The notes: generated by a model not told the origin, from the letters alone. A stretch of DNA of 64,000 nt from an uncultured Clostridium sp. (GCA_947365805.1 CANAZY010000002.1:66945-130944), one strand, 5' to 3'. Shown: positions 30,684 through 40,794, counted from the first letter of the stretch. Numbers and translations: made by a program.

Positions 30684-31082
30684 TTATTTTGTTCCTGTAT
30701 TTGGCAAATAATTACCTTTTTCATCAGGATTCGTTGTATTCGTTTTATTTTCATTTGCATTGGTTTGATTGGTTGTACTTGATGTAACAGTATTGGTAGT
30801 ATCTGCAAATGGGTTTACTTTTCCTTTTTGATAATCTTTTGTTTTTTCGTATATTTTTAAATCATTCCCATTAATTTCACGAATAATTGGCGTCATCATA
30901 TCTTGGGTATCTTCCACTGTTTTTTCCAATTCTTCTTTTATATTATTGGGAGTTTCATATTGTTCTATTTTAGGTACCACTTTATTCATTGGAATATAAT
31001 CATAAAGAAATACTCCCAATACTAATAGGATAGCAAGCACTAACAATAAAACAATTATGATTTCTTTTATCATTGTTTTCAT
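30684..31082 (-). CDS. membrane-anchored protein with Thr/Asn-rich tail (pilus operon)
   Basis: N-terminal TM (IIIVLLLVLAILLVLGVFLY); start/stop overlap with the neighbouring gene. Confidence 0.4.
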   Translation of the reverse strand: MKTMIKEIIIVLLLVLAILLVLGVFLYDYIPMNKVVPKIEQYETPNNIKEELEKTVEDTQDMMTPIIREINGNDLKIYEKTKDYQKGKVNPFADTTNTVTSSTTNQTNANENKTNTTNPDEKGNYLPNTGTK

Positions 31083-31744
31083 TATGAATTACCTCCTTGT
31101 GATGATTGTGCATTCTCTTGCACATCACTGGTATCTGAATTGTTTTTTGTAGTATTGGCTATTTTAATTGAAATATCTTTTACTTTAAAAGTAGCCTGTA
31201 AATTTTCTGTATTTCCTTCAAAAGGTGCAATCTTTGTATTTTCAATTTTAAAGTTTAAAGAAGAATCATTTTCTAATGCTGCTATAAATTCAGAAATAGA
31301 TACATAACTTCCTGTTGCCGAAAAATCTAAATCATATTGATTCGTAACACCAGATGCATTTTGATTTACTTGAAATTTTAATATAATTCCATTTTTAGTG
31401 GCATGATTTCCTATTTTAGTCCACAAATATTCCATTTCATATTGTACTCCCTGTGTTGCTTGCTCAATTTCTTCTTGTGTACTATATAAAATTTTATCAT
31501 TATACTCTTCTTTTGCAATCGTTAATTGCTTCATACTATCATTTAATTCTGTTATTGCTTTAGGTCGATCCACACTTGTTAAATTGCTTACTCTTTGAAG
31601 TTCCATGTCTAATTTATCGCTCTCTTCTTTAATTGCAAAAACCGATAATACTTTTCCCCCTAGAATGTCTAGACCATCAAACATCATGAGATATCCTACA
31701 AAAACTAATATTACAATTAACAATATTATTAGTATCTTTCTCAT
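31082..31744 (-). CDS. PilO-like pilus assembly protein
   Basis: N-terminal TM plus coiled-coil plus globular domain, positioned after the pilM/N-like gene. Assigned by architecture only. Confidence 0.4.
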   Translation of the reverse strand: MRKILIILLIVILVFVGYLMMFDGLDILGGKVLSVFAIKEESDKLDMELQRVSNLTSVDRPKAITELNDSMKQLTIAKEEYNDKILYSTQEEIEQATQGVQYEMEYLWTKIGNHATKNGIILKFQVNQNASGVTNQYDLDFSATGSYVSISEFIAALENDSSLNFKIENTKIAPFEGNTENLQATFKVKDISIKIANTTKNNSDTSDVQENAQSSQGGNS

Positions 31745-31761
31745 ACTTTAAACTTTCTCCT

Positions 31762-33405
31762 TTATTCGATTGGCAATTTTCCTTCAATGACTGTTTTTAT
31801 TAAACCAGTTTGTCCATCTCTTTGTCCACTATCAGATACTACATTTAATAAAATTCCATCTTCTTTTATCTTAGACTTAAAATATCCTAATTGTTCATAA
31901 TTATACGATTGTACATTTATAACAATATTTACCCCAGATGTATTTTCAATAGAAGTAATTTGTATTCCTTTTGGTGATATATACATAATTTGGTTTAAAA
32001 GAGTTGGAATTGCATTTTTTCTTCTATTTTTTTCTTGTGTTTTTGTCGTTAGTTCATCTAATCTTTCTGTCATTGTTACATATTTACTTGTATTAGCACG
32101 TAATTTTGATGTATCTTCATTTACCCTAGCAATTTCAACATTTACTTCATTAATTGCATTAAGAACCTCTTGTTTCTTATTTTGAATTGCTTTATTTAAC
32201 CCAAAACTAATACCACTGTACATTAAAATCAATATAAAAATGCCAATAGCTAGTCTTATTAATGCAACTTCTCCCTTGGTGATTTTTTCACCAAAATCCA
32301 TACTAACATTAAAATGAAAACTTGATTTTTTATTTGTTTTTGAATTTGCTTGCTTTGTTCCAATTTCTTTTGTAAGCCAATCTGGTATTTTATCTTTAAA
32401 TGTTTCTTTCTTAAAATTTATTCCTTTCAAGCCTTCTCCAAGTCCATCTAATGCAAGCGCAATTGCAGAATTAACTTCAATATAATCTTTTATATTAACT
32501 TTGGCTTGAAGCTTATTAATAAAGTATGGTTTCAAAATTTCACATTTAATATCTTTTAAATATTCTTGAAAATAAATATCAATATTATTAACGACAGATG
32601 CTGTACCTGTTATATACACTTTATCAATACGATTTAAGCTTTGATCAATCATCTTTCTAACCCCTGTTACAATGTTATATAACGTAGGCATAATATCATC
32701 TAAATATTCATTTTCTTCGTATTGTAGGTCTCTCCCTTCTTGTGTATAAATCGTAGAATTTTTACATATTTCATATGCTTTAGAATAAGAATTCTCTTTT
32801 GCATTTATCAAAGATAAAATTTGACTTGCTCCCTCATCCATTCCTTGTACATTTACAATTTTTTTATCAATAACTGTAGTGATTGTAGTTTTATCCTCAA
32901 TATTAACAATTAATACGTTTTCCTTTTCCTTATAATCTAACAAATTTCCAATTGTCATTCCAATTGGTGCTTCTGAAACAAGCCTATATCCTTCTAATTG
33001 CTGTTCTTTTTTTGCAATATCTGCTTTACTTGCTGATATGTGTATTGCTTTTACTTTTTCTTTATCCTCTAAATCATTTACTAGAACATATTTTGTTTCA
33101 TAAGCATCCTTATTTACTGCATTATCATAGCAAATTGATTCAAATTCAGTATGGATTACATGTTGCATATCTTTTTTATTTAACAAACTAAACAAATAAA
33201 AATAGTTATATTCTTCATTTGATAGGTTAATACTAATTGGTGTTTTATAACTATAGGTTTCTTCAATTACTTGTTTAATTGCATCATTTAATTTATCGAA
33301 AAACTTAATACCAAAGGAGTCAATTTTAATATTATCATTGTCTTTTGAAACTTTGGCATATTTAATTACATTATTTTCAATATATAATCCCAAACACGTT
33401 GACAT
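31762..33405 (-). CDS. PilM-like actin-fold protein fused to a TM and PilN-like C-terminal region
   Basis: About 370 aa cytoplasmic N-terminal part, TM (VALIRLAIGIFILILMYSGISFGL), coiled-coil and C-terminal domain. First gene of the pilus operon. Confidence 0.55.
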   Translation of the reverse strand: MSTCLGLYIENNVIKYAKVSKDNDNIKIDSFGIKFFDKLNDAIKQVIEETYSYKTPISINLSNEEYNYFYLFSLLNKKDMQHVIHTEFESICYDNAVNKDAYETKYVLVNDLEDKEKVKAIHISASKADIAKKEQQLEGYRLVSEAPIGMTIGNLLDYKEKENVLIVNIEDKTTITTVIDKKIVNVQGMDEGASQILSLINAKENSYSKAYEICKNSTIYTQEGRDLQYEENEYLDDIMPTLYNIVTGVRKMIDQSLNRIDKVYITGTASVVNNIDIYFQEYLKDIKCEILKPYFINKLQAKVNIKDYIEVNSAIALALDGLGEGLKGINFKKETFKDKIPDWLTKEIGTKQANSKTNKKSSFHFNVSMDFGEKITKGEVALIRLAIGIFILILMYSGISFGLNKAIQNKKQEVLNAINEVNVEIARVNEDTSKLRANTSKYVTMTERLDELTTKTQEKNRRKNAIPTLLNQIMYISPKGIQITSIENTSGVNIVINVQSYNYEQLGYFKSKIKEDGILLNVVSDSGQRDGQTGLIKTVIEGKLPIE

Positions 33406-33600
33406 CTATTTCTCCTTCGTTATTTTTCCTAATTGTATGATTTACATTTTTTCTCTTTTAATACATTAATTTTTATCTAAAATTTACAATTCTACATATA
33501 TTTTGTCGATTTTTACCATATTGTTATTTTATATCTATTTATTGAAAAGTCAATACTTTTCGCCTATTTGTAATTTAAATGTAATACAGATGTAATATAA

Positions 33601-34920
33601 CTATACAACGCTATTTTTCCTCATTTTGCAAATAAAAAAACCATCTGTATTTTGTTCTGGCAAAATGTTTCTTGTTTCTATTATTTGCAACTTATTTTTT
33701 CTATCTTTTTCCACCTCTTGCAGTTTTATTATTTTTTCTATCACTTCTTCATTTTCTTCTTTTAGAATACTACAAGTCGAATAAACTAATTCACCACCTG
33801 GCTTTAAATAATTACTAGACACTTTCAAGAGATTTTCTTGAATTTCTCGAATTTCTATCATATCTTCTTTTGTTTTTTGCCATTTAATATCTGGTTTTCT
33901 TTTTAGAACACCCAACCCCATACAAGGGACATCTAGTAATATTTTATCAAACCTTTCATTAAATTTTTCCTCGTATACAATTGCATCTTTTGTTTGTGCT
34001 TGAATTATTGATATTCCTAGTCTTTGTGCATTTTGTTCTACTAATTTAACACGATGTTCATGAATATCCCATGCTACAATATCCCCAACATTTTTCATCA
34101 ATTCTGCTAAATGTGTTGTTTTTCCTCCAGGTGCACTACATGCATCTAATATCTTTTCTCCTGGCTTTGGAGATAACATATACCCAATTTCACCTGCTCC
34201 TTCATCTTGAACAGTAAACAATCCTTCTTTAAATACATCTAAATTAGAAATATTTTTAACATTCTTTAAATAAAAAAAATTCGGAATTTGTGCTTGCTCA
34301 TATGCAATTTGTTTTTCTTCTAATTTTTGTTCTAATTCTTTGCTTGTTATTTTTAGTGTATTTACTCGAATTGTGGTTCTAGGCTTTACATTTGAATTTC
34401 TACATATTTCTTCTGTTTTTTCTATTCCGTATTGGTTTATTAATCTTTCTACTATCCATTTAGGCATTGAATATACTTTTGAAATTCTATCAAAATTATT
34501 TTCTATTTTTTTCAATTCCTCATAATCGCTCTTTTCTACTTTACGAAGAATGGCATTTACAAAACTAGTGGATTTATATCCATACTTTTTACATAGATTA
34601 ACACTTTCATTCACTGCTGCACTTTTGGGTATTTTATCTAAAAACACAATTTGATAAATTCCCATACGTAAAATAGTTTTAATCCATTTTGAAATTTTAT
34701 TTAATTTTATCTTAGAATGCTTTTGTAAAATGGTATCAATTGAAAGTTTCCAAGTAACTGTACCATATACAATCTCAGATATTAAATTAATATCTCTTGT
34801 ATTTAATTTTTCTCTTTCTTTTTCAAGACATTCATCTAGTACCAAATTCGAATATCCATTCTCTTCTTCTATTTTATATAAAATTTTTAAAGTTACTTCT
34901 CTTGCAAAATCCAACTTCAT
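33601..34920 (-). CDS. rsmB: 16S rRNA (cytosine967-C5)-methyltransferase
   Basis: NusB-like N-terminus, SAM site DACSAPGGKT, DVPCMGLG, catalytic STCS. Confidence 0.85.
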   Translation of the reverse strand: MKLDFAREVTLKILYKIEEENGYSNLVLDECLEKEREKLNTRDINLISEIVYGTVTWKLSIDTILQKHSKIKLNKISKWIKTILRMGIYQIVFLDKIPKSAAVNESVNLCKKYGYKSTSFVNAILRKVEKSDYEELKKIENNFDRISKVYSMPKWIVERLINQYGIEKTEEICRNSNVKPRTTIRVNTLKITSKELEQKLEEKQIAYEQAQIPNFFYLKNVKNISNLDVFKEGLFTVQDEGAGEIGYMLSPKPGEKILDACSAPGGKTTHLAELMKNVGDIVAWDIHEHRVKLVEQNAQRLGISIIQAQTKDAIVYEEKFNERFDKILLDVPCMGLGVLKRKPDIKWQKTKEDMIEIREIQENLLKVSSNYLKPGGELVYSTCSILKEENEEVIEKIIKLQEVEKDRKNKLQIIETRNILPEQNTDGFFICKMRKNSVV

Positions 34921-35042
34921 TTTTTTCTCCTTCTTTTATTTTTGCTTATTATATCATATATCTCTTTTTCATCATATTTATTTTATCAATTTTCTCAACA
35001 TTTGCAAGAATTATCAACATTAAAAAAGTAAACAAATAAAAA

Positions 35043-35074
35043 TAAAAACCGGATTCTTTCTATGAAATCCGGTC
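35043..35074 (-). terminator. intrinsic terminator
   Basis: Stem accggatt (35048-35055) / aatccggt (35066-35073), T-run on the minus strand. Confidence 0.7.
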
Positions 35075-35079
35075 TTATT

Positions 35080-36321
35080 TTAACTATTTTTATCTTTATA
35101 AATTTTCAAAATATCTTTTATGCTCATCTTTGTTCCGTAATTTAAAATAGCAGATGAATAAATCTTAATTGAAATATTAGCAATCACAATAATACTAATT
35201 ATCATAATTCCTATCGATAGTGCAATTTGCATTGTTGTTGCCGTTCCCATCATAACACGAAATGGCATACTAAATGGTGCTGAAAACGGAAATAGTGATG
35301 CAAACACATTGATTGTGCTAGTTGGGTTCATCATTGAAAAATAAGCTAAATAAAATCCAATTACCGCTAAGATTGCAACAGGCCCATTGGCGGAATTAAT
35401 ATCTTCTGGTTTTGATACTGTAGACCCTGTTAAAGCATATAAAAGTGAATATATTGCATATCCCAATATAAAATATACAATAGTAAGTACAGCAAGCATT
35501 GGTGTAATTTTAGATACATCGATTATATTGGATAATAATCCTGGCTCTAAAAATAAATTACAAGAAATAACACTTACTAGAATAATACCAGCTACTTGTA
35601 TTAATCCTACGATTCCAATTCCAATCGTTTTTCCAAGCACAATCGTTCTTGGGGTAGTAGACGTAACCAATGTCTCCATAATTTTTGAGGTTTTTTCTGT
35701 TGTAATTGAGCTAGATACTTGATAAGCACAAAAGTAAATTGCATAAAATAATACAATTGATAATAACATAATTGCAAAGATATTTCCACTAGCAGGATTT
35801 TCATTTGTTTCTACTACATCCATTAAAAAAGCTGGCGTCAAATTTGCTAGTTGTTCACTACTAAGTCCTAGTTTTCCAATTTGAATATCTTTATATAATG
35901 TTCCTAATGCTTCTACAACTTCGTTTGCTCCATCTCCCATACCCATACTATCTACTACATAAGAAATCATAATTTGATTATCTTGTTTGTTGATAAGCAT
36001 CGCTGCATAAATTTCTTTTTCATCAATTTTTTGTTTTAATTCTTCTTTGGTTAGCTCTGTTTGTTCAACCTTAAAATTTTTCCCTAAATTCATTTCGTTT
36101 AGTAACTCTAATTTTCCTTCATAGATATTATCGTTATCTACTAACAAAATAACATCTGTTTTAGATACTTCTTCTTCATTTCCTGTTACCTTATGTAATA
36201 AATTAGGAACATTAAATCCTATGATAATAATTAGAAAAATAACTAAATTTGAGATAATAAATGATTTTCTTTTTATCATCTCTTTCATCGTAAAGGATGC
36301 TACTGTCCATAAATGTTTCAT
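35080..36321 (-). CDS. ABC-2 type transporter permease (NatB-like)
   Basis: N-terminal TM, large extracytoplasmic loop, then five C-terminal TM helices. Overlaps the ATPase gene stop by 4 nt. Confidence 0.75.
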   Translation of the reverse strand: MKHLWTVASFTMKEMIKRKSFIISNLVIFLIIIIGFNVPNLLHKVTGNEEEVSKTDVILLVDNDNIYEGKLELLNEMNLGKNFKVEQTELTKEELKQKIDEKEIYAAMLINKQDNQIMISYVVDSMGMGDGANEVVEALGTLYKDIQIGKLGLSSEQLANLTPAFLMDVVETNENPASGNIFAIMLLSIVLFYAIYFCAYQVSSSITTEKTSKIMETLVTSTTPRTIVLGKTIGIGIVGLIQVAGIILVSVISCNLFLEPGLLSNIIDVSKITPMLAVLTIVYFILGYAIYSLLYALTGSTVSKPEDINSANGPVAILAVIGFYLAYFSMMNPTSTINVFASLFPFSAPFSMPFRVMMGTATTMQIALSIGIMIISIIVIANISIKIYSSAILNYGTKMSIKDILKIYKDKNS

Positions 36322-37214
36322 TTATTATCACCTACCTTTTCAATAAATATCTCTTCTAAACTTGGTCGTTTTAGTTCAAATTTATTAACCTCTACATTGG
36401 CATTTGTAAGCATTGTTAATAATTTTCTTGCTTTTTCTTCATCATCAAGTGCAATTCTATAGTCATTATCTTTTGAAAATGTAATTTCTAATCCTACATC
36501 TTTAATGTATTTATCTACATTTTCTTTCGTTGCAAGTTCTAAACAATTACATGGATAACTCTCTTTGATTTGTTTTAAATTTCCCTTTAAAACAGTAACT
36601 CCTTTGTTCATAATCACAACATCTGTACAGAACTCTTCAATTTGCGTCATTTGATGGCTTGACATGACAATATATTTCCCCTCTTGAATTAACTCTACCA
36701 TTACTTCTTTTAAAATTTGACTATTCACTGGGTCTAGCCCACTAAATGGTTCATCAAGCACAATTAGCTCTGGATTATGCATAACTGCTGTAATAAATTG
36801 AACTTTTTGTTGATTTCCTTTTGATAATTTTTCTGCTGGCAGGTCTAAATATTCATCAACTTCTAACTTCTTTGCCCAATACTCTACAGCACTTTTTGCT
36901 TCTTTTGGTTTCATTCCTTTTAATTTTGCAAAATAAATTAATTGGTCACGTATTTTAGATTTTGGATAAATCCCTCTTTCTTCTGGTAAATAACCAAAAT
37001 TCACATTTTTCCTAGTAATTTCCTTGCCATTCCACGTAACACTACCTTGATCCTTTTTTAGAATACCAAGAATCATTCGAATCGTTGTGGTTTTTCCTGC
37101 TCCATTGGTTCCAAGTAGTCCAAAAACACCTGGTTTATCAATACAAAACGAAATATCATCTACTGCAACTTTATCCATATATCGCTTTGTCACATGTTCT
37201 AATTTTAGTCCCAA
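36318..37214 (-). CDS. ABC transporter ATP-binding protein (NatA-like)
   Basis: Walker A GTNGAGKTT, signature LSKGNQQK, Walker B LIVLDEPFSGLD. Start TTG 37214 after RBS aaggaggg; the upstream part of the track ORF looks spurious. Confidence 0.85.
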   Translation of the reverse strand: MGLKLEHVTKRYMDKVAVDDISFCIDKPGVFGLLGTNGAGKTTTIRMILGILKKDQGSVTWNGKEITRKNVNFGYLPEERGIYPKSKIRDQLIYFAKLKGMKPKEAKSAVEYWAKKLEVDEYLDLPAEKLSKGNQQKVQFITAVMHNPELIVLDEPFSGLDPVNSQILKEVMVELIQEGKYIVMSSHQMTQIEEFCTDVVIMNKGVTVLKGNLKQIKESYPCNCLELATKENVDKYIKDVGLEITFSKDNDYRIALDDEEKARKLLTMLTNANVEVNKFELKRPSLEEIFIEKVGDNK

Positions 37215-37387
37215 TTTAATCCCTCCTTTTATAAAACGTATTATAACACACTTCTTATATAAATGGTCTATTTTTTGTAAATTTATTATCTCAAATTCTA
37301 TTTTTAAATCATTTTTTAAAATTTGTATAAAATTCATGATTTTGGAAAATATATGATTGATACTTAAAAAACGGAGGTTGATGATAA

Positions 37388-37600
37388 ATGAGCGTTGAGA
37401 AACATTTAAAAGTAACAGGAACATCTGAAATTTCTTGGAAAGATGCTATTGTACAAACGGTAACAGAAGCCGCAAAAACAATTGACTATATTACTGGAAT
37501 TACTATTTTAGAACAAAAAGCAAAAGTAAATGGAAAAAAGATAACGGAATATTTAGTTGATCTAGATCTAACTTTTGTAATTGAGCGCGATAGAGATTAA
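37388..37600 (+). CDS. dodecin-family flavin-binding protein
   Basis: 70 aa: KVTGTSEISWKDAIVQTVTEAAKTI..I.GI.ILEQKAKV..GKITEY.V.L...F, typical dodecin. Confidence 0.75.
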   Translation: MSVEKHLKVTGTSEISWKDAIVQTVTEAAKTIDYITGITILEQKAKVNGKKITEYLVDLDLTFVIERDRD

Positions 37601-37616
37601 AAAGGGAGGGATTTTT

Positions 37617-38081
37617 TTGAAACCAATTGAAACAAAAAAAGATTATCAAGCCTATGTTGACCAGAAGTCACCTAATTCACCTATTATCAAAAATTGTTTT
37701 AATGCATTTTGGGTTGGTGGATTGATTTGCTCGATTGGTCAAATTATTTTTAATTATTGCAAATACCGTGGAATGGATGTGCAAATGTCAAATACCATTG
37801 TATCGATTATTTTAATTGGCCTTAGTGCTTTTTTAACAGGGCTAAATCTATTTAATCGAATCGGAAAATTCGCAGGGGCAGGTTCTCTAGTGCCTATTAC
37901 TGGATTTGCCAATTCTATTGTATCACCTGCAATGGAATATAAATCCGAAGGCTATGTTATGGGAGTTGGAGGTAAAATGTTTACTGTAGCAGGTCCTGTA
38001 CTTGTTTTTGGTATTTCTGCTTCTATTGTTGTTGGTATTTTATATCTTATTTTTAACACGCAATCTATTACACTTGTGTAA
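37617..38081 (+). CDS. spoVAC: stage V sporulation protein AC
   Basis: KDYQAYVDQKSPNSPIIKNCFNAFWVGGLICSIGQ...VPITGFANSIVSPAMEYKSEG. TTG start 37617 after RBS aagggaggg. Confidence 0.85.
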   Translation: MKPIETKKDYQAYVDQKSPNSPIIKNCFNAFWVGGLICSIGQIIFNYCKYRGMDVQMSNTIVSIILIGLSAFLTGLNLFNRIGKFAGAGSLVPITGFANSIVSPAMEYKSEGYVMGVGGKMFTVAGPVLVFGISASIVVGILYLIFNTQSITLV

Positions 38082-38097
38082 AGAAAGGAAGGAAACT

Positions 38098-39102
38098 ATG
38101 CAAAAAATTGGAAAACAAACCATAAAATTAGACACTCCACCCACTATTTTACAAACAGCTTCTATTGTTGGACCCAAAGAAGCAGATGGTCCACTTGCAA
38201 GCTATTTTGACCAATGCCTAGAAGATGAATTTTGGGGTGAAAAAACTTGGGAAAAAGCAGAAAGTAAAATTATTAAAGAAACTGTGGCTATGGCAATTGC
38301 AAAATCTGGTATTCCTAGTGAAAAAATCGACTTTTGCTTTGCAGGAGACTTATTAAATCAATGTATTTCTTCAAGTTTTGGGCTTCGTGAATTAAATATA
38401 CCATTCTTTGGAATTTTCGGTGCTTGTTCTACTTTTGTAGAAGCACTTTGTATGGCAAGTGTTTTTTTAGAAGGTGGTGCTGGGTCTTATGCACTTTGTG
38501 CCGCCTCTAGTCATTTCTGTAGTGCAGAAAAGCAATTCCGATTCCCACTAGAACTCGGAAACCAACGTCCACCTTCTTCTCAATGGACTGTTACTGGTAG
38601 TGGTGCAGCCATTGTTGCAAAATCTGGTATGGGACCATATATTACTCATATCACTCCTGGAAAAATAGTCGATATGGGAATTAAAGATGCCAATAATATG
38701 GGAGCTGCCATGGCCCCTGCTGCTTTAGATACGTTACTTACTCATTTTAAAGATACAGGACGTGCTCCTAGTTATTATGATGCTATTTTAACAGGAGATT
38801 TAGGATATGTAGGAAAAGAAATTTTAATCGAAATGGCTGAAACAAAAGGCTATAATATAAAATCCAACTATAATGATTGTGGTGTTTTAATTTTTGATAA
38901 AGAAAAACAAGATACTCATTCAGGAGGAAGTGGTTGTGCTTGTTGTGGAACTGTCTTTTCTGGATATTTGTTTAAAATGCTACAACAAAAGAAATATAAG
39001 AAAATTTTGCTTATGGCAACTGGTGCTTTAACCAATTCTACTACTTCGCAACAAGGTGAATCGATTCCTGGTATTGCCCATGCTATAGCAATTGAACTTT
39101 AG
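38098..39102 (+). CDS. spoVAD: stage V sporulation protein AD
   Basis: IGKQTIKLDTPPTILQTASIVGPKEADGPLASYFD...GACST... thiolase-like fold. ATG 38098 after RBS aaggaagga. Confidence 0.9.
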   Translation: MQKIGKQTIKLDTPPTILQTASIVGPKEADGPLASYFDQCLEDEFWGEKTWEKAESKIIKETVAMAIAKSGIPSEKIDFCFAGDLLNQCISSSFGLRELNIPFFGIFGACSTFVEALCMASVFLEGGAGSYALCAASSHFCSAEKQFRFPLELGNQRPPSSQWTVTGSGAAIVAKSGMGPYITHITPGKIVDMGIKDANNMGAAMAPAALDTLLTHFKDTGRAPSYYDAILTGDLGYVGKEILIEMAETKGYNIKSNYNDCGVLIFDKEKQDTHSGGSGCACCGTVFSGYLFKMLQQKKYKKILLMATGALTNSTTSQQGESIPGIAHAIAIEL

Positions 39103-39116
39103 GAGGTGTACAAGAT

Positions 39117-39504
39117 ATGGAGTTTTTTAGTTCAATCGATTGGATGCAAATGCTTCGCTGCTTTATTGTTGGTGGACTAATTTGTATCATCGGACAAATT
39201 TTAATTGATAAAACAAAATTAACACCTGCTAGAATTCTCGTTATTTTCGTAACAACTGGTGCAATTTTGGGAGGACTTGGACTATATCAATATTTAGTTG
39301 ATTTTGCAGGTTGTGGCGCAACCGTTCCTCTAACTGGATTTGGGAATGCTCTTGCTAAAGGTGCCATTGATGAAGTTGCAAAATCTGGATTTGTCGGTGC
39401 CTTTATTGGAGGAACCAAAGCTGCCGCTGGTGGAATTGCTGCTGCCGTCTTCTTCCGGATATATTGCATCTCTTATTGCAAAGCCAAAAATGAAAAAGCA
39501 ATAA
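39117..39504 (+). CDS. spoVAE: stage V sporulation protein AE (SpoVAEB-type); conserved C-terminus only with a +1 shift at in-frame CGG 39456-39458
   Basis: FIVGGLICIIGQILID...GATVPLTGFGNALAKGA. Skipping C39456 gives ...AAVFF-G-YIASLIAKPKMKKQ* (stop 39502-39504), matching the usual ...VFGFIAALIFKPK end. The zero frame gives an unrelated tail RIYCISYCKAKNEKAII. Confidence 0.8.
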
Positions 39505-39563
39505 TTTAAGTAAAAAAGAAAGACTATTAACAAAATACTTTTAAATACTTTGTCAACAGTCTG

Positions 39564-39597
39564 TAACGGTAAATGATTAATACATTTACCGTTTTAT
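39564..39597. terminator. intrinsic terminator between convergent spoVAE and the Rpn-like gene
   Basis: Stem aacggtaaatg (39565-39575) / catttaccgtt (39583-39593) followed by tttt. Confidence 0.7.
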
Positions 39598-40503
39598 TTA
39601 TTCATCTATTTGTTTAATCTGTTCTACACTTAAATTTGTAACCTCGCAAATTAGTTCTATTCCCAACCCTTTTCTTAACATATTTTTTGCCACATCAATT
39701 TTATTTTCTTCTCTTCCCTCTTCTCTTCCCTCTTCTCTTCCCTCTTCTCTTCCCTCTTCTCTTCCTTCTTTCAATCCTTCTTCTTTTCCTTGTCTTAGTC
39801 CCTCTTCTTTTGCATATTCCATTGCGCCATTATAATCTCTTAAACCTTTATCACGTAATTCGGCTATTCTTTTTGTTGCTTCATCTCCCACTAAATAATC
39901 TAGTTCTTCCTTCGCTTTTTCAATCACCTTGTTTTTTTCTACTGCCATTTTTACTTTTTCCCCCTTTGTATTATCTATAAAGTATAACCATTCTTCCTTC
40001 TTATTTTCTGGTTCTTTACCTCTTTTAATAAATTTTTGTAACTCTATAAAATGTATTTCTAATACATCTGTTAACATTTTATCCTTTTCAACATCTTCTA
40101 CTATATGCCATTTTGTATGATACTGTTTTGTATCAAAATAATTAAAATCTAATAAATTAATTGTTATTGTTTTCTTTAATTTATAAAAAGATTCTCCTGC
40201 TGATATCCCTTGTGTATATAATTTACTCCAGTAAAATAAAGTTCTCTTCTCCATATTTTGATAATTTACAATTTGCATTTCTATATTAATTTGAACATTG
40301 TTATTCGTTAATGCTTTTATATCCAATATTCCTGTTTTATCACCTAATTCAGATTTTTCTAATTGTAAATCTTTTTGAATTTCTACTTCTTTTATTTTCT
40401 CTTCTAAAATTCCAGACAATAAATCTTTTAGTATATCCTCGTTTCCTTTGCTTCCAAATATTTTTTTAAATATAATATCATTTTTTGGTGTTAATTGTTT
40501 CAT
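39598..40503 (-). mobile_element. Rpn-family (YhgA/transposase_31-like) PD-(D/E)XK recombination-promoting nuclease gene
   Basis: N-terminus KNDIIFKKIFGSKGNEDILKDLL...GILDIKA...INIEMQI...KRTLFYWSKLY, typical of this family. C-terminal EGRE repeats. No terminal inverted repeats seen. Confidence 0.65.
39709..39768. repeat. 12-nt tandem repeat (about 5 copies) encoding (EGRE)n in the Rpn-like gene
   Basis: ttctcttccctc repeated perfectly at 39709, 39721, 39733 and 39745, plus a variant copy. Confidence 0.8.
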
Positions 40504-40794
40504 GTTTTATTCTTCCTTTCTTATTATAGCATTTGTGTATTGAAATTTCAATCTTAAAGACAATTTTTTCGTTTTTCACCACCTTTTTTTATAATTTGTT
40601 CTTTGTTTGGATAATATAAATTTCATAAGTTGTCACAACCTAAGATGTATCAGATTAAATTCATTTGAATAAATACTCTTTTATTATACTACTATTTTTT
40701 CATTTTTCAAGAAGATTTTTTCGACATAATATTCTATTTTTCTACAAGATAAAAATAAAAAGACGAAATTTAATTTTTCGCCTTTTTGATATTC

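Noticed and set aside
36318-37424. N-terminal extensions of track ORFs (ABC ATPase to 37424, pilB to 28609, pilD to 30383, gltX to 20053, rpsG to 57651, rpmI to 41389, spoVAC from 37581, spoVAD from 38002, ROK N-part to 24444)
   Set aside because: Internal starts with good RBSs coincide with the conserved N-termini, and the extensions are non-conserved and often overlap the upstream gene.
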